NCBI GenBank assembly: GCA_964016885.1
Contig: OZ024742.1
Coordinates: forward strand, 102,796,001 to 102,860,000
Source: Eledone cirrhosa
Lineage: Eukaryota
DNA length: 64,000 nt
Direction: 5' to 3'
The notes beneath the pieces are model-generated. The model worked only from the letters and a program-made list of their open reading frames with translations. It had not been told where the DNA came from and did not search any database. Positions 1 through 9,325 of the stretch are shown here, piece after piece; the first letter of the stretch is position 1; the number at the start of each line of letters is the position of its first letter. Position numbers and translations under genes: made by a program.

Positions 1-318
1 TAATTGTACAAAGGAAAGTGCATGGGACACATAACCAAATATTGGCGTACATCAAAGTTGATATGAAGTGTGGGTTACAGATATCTAATTGATCATGGGC
101 TATTTTGTTGAGATCAAATGCATCAAACACTGCTTTTACTTGAGTTTTCAGAAAACCTGGCATCATGGAAACCATACTGATGATGATTAAGGATGGAGAG
201 AGAAACTGAAGGTGATAACAAAGGTGGTGGTTGTTTATGACTTTTTCTGAATGTTGAGGTTCTGGAACTGTGAACAATTGATCAGGATCAGAGAGGTTAC
301 ACTTAATGGAGATTGAAC

Positions 319-386
<68 letters not shown>

Positions 387-392
<6 letters not shown>

Positions 393-656
393 ATGATATT
401 AAATAAATGGAAACTATATTTATAAAACCATATTTATTCTATTATATATATTTCAAGGGTACCAAAAACTTTGGTACGCTTTCATCAGATAAAATACAAA
501 GTGTGTTTTATAAATTTTGACATAGCCAAGGAAACATACCTTATCAGTTGAATTTTCCTATCCAAGGAAAATTCAACTGATAAGGTATGTTTCCTTGGCT
601 ATGTTAAAATATGGTTTTATAAATATAGTTTCCATTTATTTAATATCATTGAATAT
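387..656. mobile_element. Fold-back (inverted-repeat) mini-element next to (TA)n, probable Penelope-like pLTR remnant
   Basis: Inner arms 514-559/565-610 (one mismatch, 5-nt loop ATCCA) and outer arms ~387-435/~608-656 are reverse complements. The ~75-nt unpaired segment in the left arm contains a hammerhead motif. Confidence 0.7.
435..496 (-). ncRNA. Minimal type I hammerhead ribozyme
   Basis: Minus strand reads TATTTTAT-CTGATGA-AAGCGTACCAAA(GTT)TTTGGTACCCTT-GAAA-TATATA-TA-ATAGAATA: 8-bp stem I (one G.U), intact CUGAUGA and GAAA cores, 11-bp stem II with one mismatch, palindromic minimal stem III, AUA cleavage triplet. Confidence 0.8.
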
Positions 657-811
657 TTACTCCAGAAATCTGTCGAGTGCTATGAATCAGTTATAAACAT
701 TTATATTTGTTCAATTTCCAACAAATTAAATATCCCTTCTACTTATATATATATATAAGTATTAAAGTTTCCGTTGAAAATTAAAAAAAGTCATAGTTAC
801 AGAGCTAAATT

Positions 812-964
812 TAATGTATAATAAACAATACAATATAATTACCTCATTACCAGAGGTTTCCCGAATAAGACGAATACAAGAAACGGAGGACGTTTCTTGT
901 ATTCGTCTTATTCGGGAAACCTCTGGTAATGAGGTAATTATATTGTATTGTTTATTATACATTA
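812..964. repeat. Perfect 74-bp inverted repeat with 5-nt loop
   Basis: 812-885 is the exact reverse complement of 891-964 (loop GAGGA); sits between (TA)n runs. Confidence 0.95.
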
Positions 965-1232
965 TATATATATATATATAAACATATATACATATATAAA
1001 AGGGAACCATAAATCTGATGAGCTATCGATTCCAGAGTCACTCATGTAATAAAGTGAAGACAGTCATCATTGTCCCAGTGGTGATTGGTGTTCTTGGTAG
1101 TAAAATGACAGGAAATGATATGAAAATGTTGGAGTTGCCCTAGGTTACTAGTTGTAGCCTGGTATTCCCTAAAATAACCGGCCCAAAGCAACGTCGAAGT
1201 TGGCTGTGCTAAATATTTAAATAACAATAATA

Positions 1233-1447
1233 TTGGTATGTGGTTAGAATGTCTCAGGAAAGCATTGCTGGACAGATTTTACAGGCAAAACCAGCCAGCA
1301 GAAGACCCAGAGGTAGACTCCTAGCAAGATAGTTGGTTAACATCCATAAGGTTGGTTAATCTCACTTGGGCATCCAGCCAGATCAGTTGGAGATGGTTGC
1401 TTCTGGCAGGACCCACTGGAAGGAGGAAGAGGAAAAGAAGAAGAAGA
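1233..1447 (+). mobile_element. 3' end fragment of RTE-clade LINE (Expander/Rex3-like) with (GAA)n tail
   Basis: Degenerate VVRMSQE...GQILQAKP...RRPRGR coding, homologous to 53970-54247; ends in GAA repeats. Confidence 0.75.
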
Positions 1448-1759
1448 ATCTATTTGGAAAGCTAGTATAATTCAAATATAATGGTGGAACTAGAGTAGAG
1501 TTAAGTAAAAATAAGAAAACAATAGTTTTTGCCCTATATTTCATAATATTTCAAGGTTAGAGCCACTTTTGCAAATGAAGAATGAAAAAAATTGGAGCTT
1601 ATATGGCTATTCTTTGCTAGTGGAAGTAGGTCAGTGGAAATGTAACATATTTAGACAATTAATAGTAACTAGTACCAAGTAGCTCAGATCTGTTGCTAAT
1701 ACTAGGTTTATTCCTTTGATCCACAAATGACCAACTTTTAGAGGTTAAGCAATGCTTAC

Positions 1760-2061
1760 TTTGCTTCTTAGGAATACATGCTTCTGCAAAATTAGGAGGA
1801 GTGTGTCCTGCCTGAAGAGGGAGCCCCAAAAAATAGAATGCTGAAGCAATAAATGTTGGTTCTTCTCTTTAGCGAAGCGTTTGTCGTTATGTCCGTTGGG
1901 TGCAGCTAAGATATTCTTTCTAGCCCTAGACTGGCGTGTAGAGTTTGCTGCTCCTCTACCATTTCCTCTTACTTATGTTATTTGATTTTTTTTTCATTTT
2001 TTTTTTAGTTTTTTTTGCTGACATTCCTCAGCCTCATCCTCATTAACTTCATCATCATCAT
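1760..2061 (-). other. Candidate exon of an unidentified minus-strand transcript
   Basis: Minus strand has a poly-T tract + CTAAACAG acceptor (exon starts 2061) and an AAA|GTAAGC donor (after 1760). Phase-1 frame reads DDDEVNEDEAEECQQKKLKKK*. No homology recognised. Confidence 0.3.
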
Positions 2062-2513
2062 CTGTTTAGAAAAAAAAATTATTTGAAATTTGTTGAATAA
2101 AACTTTTCTTCTTCATGATTTACATGTTTATCTTTGTGTAAGGTAAACACCTAGTAGAATTGTAGGGGTGCCATACTGACATACAGTATGTCTTGTGCAT
2201 TTTAAACCTGGTACAGCCTATCCCTCTCCAGGTCTGAACACAGCTGATTTCTTCTAAAGAAGGAGAGAGAGAGAGAGAGAGTGGTAGAGTGGAAGGGAGA
2301 AAGAAATCTAGAAGAAAAATCAACCCCCAGTACTGGACTGGTACTTTTTTATCGACTTTGAAGGGATAAAAGGCAAAATTGACCTCAGCTGAATTTGAAC
2401 TCAGAACTCAGAGAGCTGGAACAAATACTGCAAATATTTCTATCTGACATTCTAATGACTCTACCAATTCATCTCTCCCCCCACACGCACATGCACACAC
2501 ACACACACATATG

Positions 2514-2698
2514 CACATTGTAAATGTGGTTGGCGTTAGGAAGGGCATCTAGCCATAGAAAACCAGCCAGAAACAGTTCTGTACGAGTGAGACATGGTCA
2601 CCCGATCCAACTTGCCTCTAATGGGACAAACCTGTCTAACCCATGCTAGCGTGGAAAATAGACGTTAAACGATGATGATGATGATGATGATGATGATG
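2514..2698 (+). mobile_element. RTE-type 3' tail module (short retroposed copy)
   Basis: GGTTGGCGTTAGGAAGGGCATC...AACCCATGCTAGCGTGGAAAATAGACGTTAAAC(GAT)n; similar copies near 7308-7600, 25085-25347, 31025-31197, 58930-59160(-) and 62295-62515. Confidence 0.8.
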
Positions 2699-3404
2699 AA
2701 ACACACACACACACACATACTCATATATATATGAGAAATAGAAAATATAAATATCTATGGATTAAGTTTGATCAGTCATAATGAATGAGGTCATCATTGG
2801 TGTATTTGTTGTCATCAGATTAGTGGAACAATGAGCAATAGTAGCTAGATCTAAGCAAGTGGATGAAATTATTGAATCTTTCAGTGGAACAGTTTTACAT
2901 TGTTTTTACCTGGTTTAATATTAGAGGATATATTGCTAAAAATCACCATTTCATGACTGTTATGTCATGGGAAATAAACACATCTTCATTTTTGCTGATA
3001 GAGAAAGGAAAGAAACAACAAAATTTTCACATAATGTCTCAGATTATAAAAAATTAGTCTATTTATTTATTTATTTATTTACTAATCTATTTATTTATAT
3101 ATTTGTTTATTTATATATTTATTAATTTACTAATCTATTTATTTATTTTTTTGTTTATTTATTTATTAGTGCTGATATTGGGATTGTTATTATTTATTCA
3201 TGTTCATTTGTCAAATTCATTAAAATATTCTTGTCATATATTGTTATATTATCAGCTAACACACACACATATTATATTATGTGTATATATATATATATAT
3301 ATAACCAAAAGTTTATATGGTTCGTTGATTATTCAACAAATTCAATTTTACAATAGATTAGAAGCGCTCGACAAGAAATTTTTCTATATATATATATATA
3401 AGAG

Positions 3405-3695
3405 TCAGGACCCTGATGGCTGAGCTCCGGCCGTTTCGACAGCTAGATCTGAACTAGCCCAGCAGCTTTAGGACGGTAGGGATCTAGCTGAACTTATCAA
3501 GGGGTACAGTCCATAGATATAGTTTTCTCGGCGTAACTGGGATGTTCTTCGTTGAAAAGTTGATTGTGTGTTTACGCATGGTAGGTATTATTGAAGTAAG
3601 AAACTGGAGCTTGGTAGTAGTGTTAGGATTTGAGTGTGGTATGAGACGAAAAGTGCTCCACTACGGAAGTAGGAGCTAAAGAACAAAGAAAATGT
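3405..3695 (-). mobile_element. Penelope-like element fragment with degenerate hammerhead
   Basis: Minus strand encodes MRKHTINFSTKNIPVTPRKLYL, resembling the (Y/F)SxKNIP N-terminus I recall from some PLE ORFs. It is followed by TTGATAA-stem II (CAGCTAGATC/GATCTAGCTG)-GAAA-CGGC...GCC-ATC-AGGGT and ends at (TA)n. Confidence 0.5.
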
Positions 3696-3745
3696 GGTAA
3701 GAAACCAGGTGGACTATAATGCACCAGAGTACTCAATACTTAGGG

Positions 3746-5725
3746 TAGTAGAGTGGGTAATAGGAATGAGACTTCTTGAATTTTGTGATTCAAGTACACT
3801 GACTATTTGCAACACTAACTTCCAGAAACCTGTGCCAATGCAAATCAGGATGTTGTTGGAGATAAGTGTGTCCAGAATGATGCCGGTGTACTTAATGTCA
3901 CGAATGATCAGAAAAAGTAGGCCTGGAAATGTCATTATGAGAGACTGATGAATGTGGAGAACGAATGGGAGAGAGAGAAATTACCCTCAGTAGATCCGAC
4001 AGAGGGACCAGCTATTGAGATTGACGAATATAGGGTCCAAGAGGCGATTAAGGAAATGGAAAATGGTAAGGCTGCTGGAGCATCGGGGATAGTTGCTGAG
4101 ATGCTGAAGGCATCAGGGGACGTAGGCACTAAACTGGTTGCACGCATCATCAATCAGGCTATATATGGTGGTGTCATACCCAAAGACTGGTGCAGCAGTA
4201 TTCTCATAAATTGTTACAAAGGTAAATGGGATGCTCTGGAGAGGAGCAATTATAGGGGTATAATACTGATGGATCAGGTTATGAAAGTGGCAGAAAGGAT
4301 ATTAGCACAACTAATTAGAGAAAGGGTCAAACTAGATGAGATGCAGTTTGGTTTTGTGCCTGGGAAAAGTACAACAGATGCCCTCTTCTTGGTGAGACAA
4401 TTACAAGAGAGGTTCTTAGAGAAGAATAAGCCACTATACCTAGCCTTTGTTGCCCTAGAGAAGGCCTTTGATAGGGCACCCCGATCTGTCATCTGGTGGT
4501 CCCTAAGGAAACTAGGTGTTGAGGAATGGCTTGCGGGGACAGTGCAAACTTTGTACAGAGGTACTGTCAGTAAAGTCAGGGTAGGAATGGAGTTTAGTGA
4601 GCAATTCCAGATACAAGTAGGAGTACATCAAGGTTCGGTCCTCAGCCCGCTCTTGTTCATTATAGTCCTCCAAGCCATAACAGAGGAGTTTAAGACTGGC
4701 TGTCCATAGGAACTTCTCTATGCTGACGATCTGGTTCTTATAGCAGAATCTGTAGAGGAGCTAGAGAATAAATTCTGGCTATGGAAACAGCAGTTGGAAG
4801 CAAGAGGACTGAGAGTGAACCTAGCTAAAACAAAAGTGTTGATGAGTAGAAAAGAGGACAAAACTCTGATTCCGTCAAGGAAATGACCTTGTTCGATATG
4901 CAGAAAAGGAACTGGCATAAATTCTATAAAATGCACACAATGCAGATCGTGGGTACACAAGAGATGTAGTGGGATAGCAGGAAAACTAACAGGTAGGGAG
5001 AAATACGTATGCAGTAGATGTACAGGGAAATTAGACAGTAGAAGTCGCATTGATAGACACATTTTTCAAATACAGGCGGGTGCTATAGAAGCGGTGGATA
5101 GCTTCCGGTACCTAGGAGATCAGATTAGCATGAGAGGGGGGGGGGGTCCGAGGCCATAGTATCTAGAATAAGGATGGGTTGGAAGAAGTTTAGGGAGCTG
5201 CTTCCTCTGATGACGAAGAAGGATTTCTCCCTGCGTACGAAAGGCCGGTTATATGATGCCTGTGTGAGGAGCGCGATGCTGCATGGTAGTGAGACATGGG
5301 CAGCAACTTCAGAGGATATGTGATGACTGCAGAGAAATGAGGCATGTATGCTCCATTGGATGTGCAATGTCAATGTGTGTGAACGACCCAGCATGAATGT
5401 GTTGAGAGAGAAACAGTGTCTGAGAGGAATAGAATGTAGTGTGCGAGAGAGGAGACTGAGGTGGTATGGACATGTGATGCACATGGAGGATGACCGATGG
5501 GTGAAGAAGTACCAGGAAATACCAGTTGAGGGAAGACATGGTAGAGGTAGACCACAAAAAACATGGGCGGAGGTGGTGAGAACAGACATCAGATCACTGA
5601 AGAACACGGTGGAGATGACGAAGGACTGTGACAAGTGGAGAGATGCTGTGCTAAATAACAACCGTCCCATCCTTGCAAGCAGGGAAAAGCGGACATAAAA
5701 TGATGATGATGATGACGATGATGAT
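3746..5725 (+). mobile_element. RTE-clade LINE, 5'-truncated and inactivated (RT with PHD-like finger)
   Basis: Endonuclease remnant RLLEFC...ICNTNFQKP; RT motifs NYRGI, QFGF, LEKAFD, GVHQGSVLSPLLF, YADD (4719-4730), FRYLG; C-terminal RWYGHV, GRGRP; (GAT)n tail. Stops at 4707 and 4884 and a frameshift near 5135. Confidence 0.95.
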
Positions 5726-5741
5726 ATGCATACACACACAA

Positions 5742-5776
<35 letters not shown>

Positions 5777-5777
5777 C

Positions 5778-5939
5778 AATATAGATGAGATTCTACAGGA
5801 CTAGAACTGTTTCATTCTTTAGAAATCATCAGGAATCAGCGATTCCTGTAGAATCTCATCTATATTAAAACTTTTATACTCTGCAATGTATTGAGTACCT
5901 TACTTACTGTGGTTACCTCCGATTCAACCCGGAATAACG

Positions 5940-5940
<1 letters not shown>
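5778..5940. mobile_element. (TA)n-flanked fold-back mini-element with hammerhead core (minus strand 5797-5832)
   Basis: 23-bp arms 5778-5800/5844-5866. Minus strand reads CTGATGA-TTTC-TAAA-GAAT-GAAA-CAGTTCTA-GTC-CTGTAGAA. Same family as 26925-27106. Confidence 0.7.
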
Positions 5941-5996
<56 letters not shown>

Positions 5997-6788
5997 GTAC
6001 ATATATATATATATATATATATACATATACATACACTCTCCAAATATTAACAACAATTATGTCTCCTTTAAACCAGTACAATAAGCAACTACGATCTCCT
6101 TAAAGAGATGTTTTTAAGACTAAATTATATAGAATTGTGGAATTGTTAAGGAAAAAAGTAAAAACACAAAACAAACAAAAACAAAACAAAAAAAGAAAAC
6201 ATTTGTTGGCTAATAATTAAAACAGCCTTTGGTAGAAGCTTTTATTAGCAACTAAATATATATATATATATATATATAACAAGGACGTACAATTGAATAT
6301 CTGAACATGGCTGCCGTCTAATAGCTGAAAGAAGTAAAAGAATGAAAGGAATTGTTGTCAGTTAACTAGCTGTTGTCTTCTTATACAGTCATAGGTTAGA
6401 GAAGTCTGTCTGTCTGGTAGTTTCCGTCAGTATTTCCTATGCCCTGTCTCAGTTATGAGACATTATTTGCTATTGGTGTCTAAGCTACTTCCTGACGCCT
6501 GAGTGTTGAGTTCATTATATTCTGCAGTTGGCCTATCTTGAGCAAGGCACTTAATTATACTTATTTGGGAAATCTTAAGCCAAACTGGAGCCTCATTTAT
6601 TAATGTATTTTTTTACTCTCTTGTCTATATTTGTAATATTTAGGATTAGACGGATTGTTGGCACATGTTTCAATGACAATATTTCCAGATCAATGGACTG
6701 CATTTACATGCACACAAACATACACATAGGCTAACCATGTATGTACACACATGCATGCACATACACACATATATATAATATTATTATA

Positions 6789-6986
6789 TACCATATATAC
6801 TTGAATAGAAGCTGACCCCACTATTTTATTTTCAAGAAAGAAAGGTCCACATATCCAAAATCTTATTTACGCAAGGTTTGAAGATGGTGAAAATCGTCAA
6901 AATAGTGACCCCTTATATAAGTCAACCCTCCCTTGTACTATCAATTTGTTGGTCACTTATTCTTCGGCTGATATTTGAGTGTATAT

Positions 6987-6990
<4 letters not shown>
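6789..6990. mobile_element. pogo/Tigger-like MITE
   Basis: TIRs TACCATATATACTTGAATA / TATTTGAGTGTATATGGTA, TA ends; related inverted copy at 31977-32158. Confidence 0.7.
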
Positions 6991-7027
<37 letters not shown>

Positions 7028-7049
7028 GCCAAATAGAAAGGTGGCAGTG

Positions 7050-7305
7050 ACATCGAAATTTCAAATACTGAATTGAATATAGTGAGTTTGGCTTTTATAT
7101 CTACATCTCCTCTCTTGATTACCAAATGCTGAAGCTGGTGCAGTAATGCACCAGCTCCTGCAATTCTTGCACTTAATGCAGCCTCCAGCCTTCCATCACT
7201 CATGAACATGGCTCCGTGATACTTGAACTTCTCCACCTGCTTCAGTGGAACTCCATTTACATTTAAAGTGCACTGTGCAGACTTCCTTGGGAGGACAGAT
7301 GTTTC
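7050..7305 (-). mobile_element. RTE (Expander/Rex3-like) LINE internal fragment
   Basis: Minus ORF VEKFKY...SDGRLEAALSARIAGAG...KAKLTIFNSVF; homologous to 47760-47940 and 53670-53790. Confidence 0.75.
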
Positions 7306-7611
7306 TTGGTTGGTGTTAGGAAAGGCATCCAGCCGTAAAAAAACCCGCCAGACGTATAGGTGTCACGACAAAAAACACACAGTCCACGCTGTAATGTGGC
7401 TGTGTAGGTAACACGGTAAAAAACCTCCCAGTCCACACTGTAAACGTAGTTGGTGTTGGGAAGGGCATCCAGCCGTAGAAAACCCGCCAGACAGTCCTAT
7501 ACGAGCAGGACAACCAATCTTGCCTCAAGTGGGAAAACTCCCATCCAAACCCATACAAGTGTGGAAGATGGACGTTAAACGATGACGACGATGATGATGA
7601 TATATATATAT

Positions 7612-7800
7612 AGGGCAGTGGATTGGCAGTATCGGTAGAGGGTCGGACGCCATGCTTTCCAGCATAGTTACGTCCCTTTACGATCTGAGTTCAAATCCCG
7701 CCGAGGTTGACTTTGCCTTTCATCCTTACGGGGTCGATAAAATAAAGTACCAGTAATGCACTGGGTAATTGCTGTCCTTGTGCCTAAAGTAGAAACAATT
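7612..7800 (+). mobile_element. tRNA-derived SINE with Meta/Sauria-like central domain (family A)
   Basis: A-box-like TGGCAGTATCGGTAG, B-box GAGTTCAAATCCC, then GACTTTGCCTTTCATCCTTACGGGGTCGATAAAATAAAGTACC. More than 15 full or partial copies in the window, e.g. 2325(-), 9434, 10468, 12135, 15485(-), 19562(-), 47970(-), 52465, 60327, 61755(-). Confidence 0.85.
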
Positions 7801-7848
7801 ATATATATATATTATATATATATATTATATATATATATATTATATATA

Positions 7849-7879
<31 letters not shown>

Positions 7880-7884
7880 ATAAT

Positions 7885-8190
7885 AAGGGCGCTGCGGAGT
7901 TGCAAATGGGTTACATATGAAAAAAGTTTGTCCTTCATCAGTGATCTTCCAACTATCATAGGCATTTCATCGCTTTAAAGACCATATACCTCCGGTTGGT
8001 GCGAGCAACGGCTAAAAAAAGTCGTTGGGACACGTAAATAAAGGGGACGCGAGGGTAAACAAACAAATGGTGAGGCAACAGAAAGTGAGGAAAGGAGACA
8101 AGTCCCAGATTTCTATGAATTTAAGTTCGGTGAAATCGTGAACGAGAGAATAAAGACCATCAAACCTGGTTGAAATGTGAGCAAGGAAGG
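7885..8190 (-). mobile_element. (TA)n-flanked CpG-containing repeat of unknown class
   Basis: Reverse complement of 7885-7970 aligns by eye with 29062-29150; bounded by (TA)n on both sides. Confidence 0.55.
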
Positions 8191-8234
8191 AATATATATA
8201 TATATATTATATATATATATATATATATTATATA

Positions 8235-8304
<70 letters not shown>

Positions 8305-8581
8305 GCATAGTTACATCCCTTTATGGTCTGAGTTCAAATCCCGCCGTTGAGGTTGGTGTTAGGAAGGGCATCCAGCTGTAGAAATCAAGCCAGAATCAGT
8401 TCCCGTCCCACCCTTGCAAGCAGGGAAAAGTGGACGTAAAATGAAATGAAATGAAAATGAAATGAAATTATATATATATATATGTATATATGTATATTTG
8501 TATATATATATATATGTATATTTGTATATTATATATACATATATGTATATTTGTATATATGTATATATATTATATACATAT

Positions 8582-8918
8582 AGGAGGCACATGGCTTAGT
8601 GGTTAGAGAATTGGCCTTGCAATCGAAAGGTTGTGAGTTCAATTCTCAAACTGGGTGATGTGTTGTTTCCTTGAGCAAGACACTTTATTTCACATTGCTC
8701 CAGTTTACTCAGCTGTAGAAATGAGATGATAGGGACTGGGGTCCATATCATTCCACTGCAAAGTGGTCGTGTAGGTGCCACAGCAAAAAAGCACCCAGCA
8801 CTCACTGTAAATGAGGTTGGTGTTAGGAATAGCATCCAGCTGTAGAAATCAAGCCAGAATCAGTTCCCGTCCCACCCTTGCAAGCAGGGAAAAAGCGGAC
8901 GTAAAATGAAATGATGAT
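8582..8918 (+). mobile_element. Full-length CORE-type tRNA SINE with RTE-derived 3' tail (family B)
   Basis: tRNA head (TGGCTTAGTGGTTAG...GAGTTCAATTC), CORE-like CCTTGAGCAAGACACTTTATTTCAC...AAATGAG, ~48-bp repeat module, and a tail nearly identical to the LINE end at 5662-5725. Confidence 0.85.
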
Positions 8919-9098
8919 ATATTTGTATATTATATATACATATATGTATATATATTATATATATATATATGTATATTTGTATATATGTATATATATTATA
9001 TACATATATGTATATTTGTATATATGTATATATATTATATATGTATATTTGTATATATGTATATATATTATATATATATATATATATGTATATTTGGT

Positions 9099-9275
9099 TA
9101 AGAGGTGCCTACTGACTGTAGGTTTCGCTTTGTACATAGGCAAGGCGGGTCTTCAGTATTACTGCATGGCGCCAAAGATCTCGGTCCAGTGACATTGTCT
9201 TAGAGAGGTGCAAGTGTGTAAGATCGGAATTTATCAAATCCTCCCAGATTTTTCTGTCTACCTAGTCTGTAACTT

Positions 9276-9277
<2 letters not shown>
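9099..9277 (-). mobile_element. RTE LINE ORF-end/3' UTR fragment between TA-rich microsatellites
   Basis: Closely similar to 56011-56180. Confidence 0.75.

Positions 9278-9325
<48 letters not shown>

Noticed and set aside
4707-4886. Trp-to-stop codons in the RTE that A-to-I editing could repair
   Set aside because: The same copy has other stops (Arg-codon TGAs near 5321) and a frameshift that editing cannot fix.
7885-8190. CpG-rich candidate bidirectional promoter or first exon
   Set aside because: Part of it recurs at 29062-29150 and it is bounded by (TA)n, so it is more likely a repeat; promoter function not supportable.
8583-8660. tRNA gene
   Set aside because: tRNA-derived SINE head continuing into CORE and tail sequence; no proper cloverleaf end or terminator.
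9105-9157. Hammerhead-like CTGAAGA...GAAA-CCTAC/GTAGG on the minus strand
   Set aside because: The homologous copy at 56020-56070 has CAGAAGA (LINE ORF-end codons), and there is no NUH site or stem I; likely just a 3' UTR hairpin.
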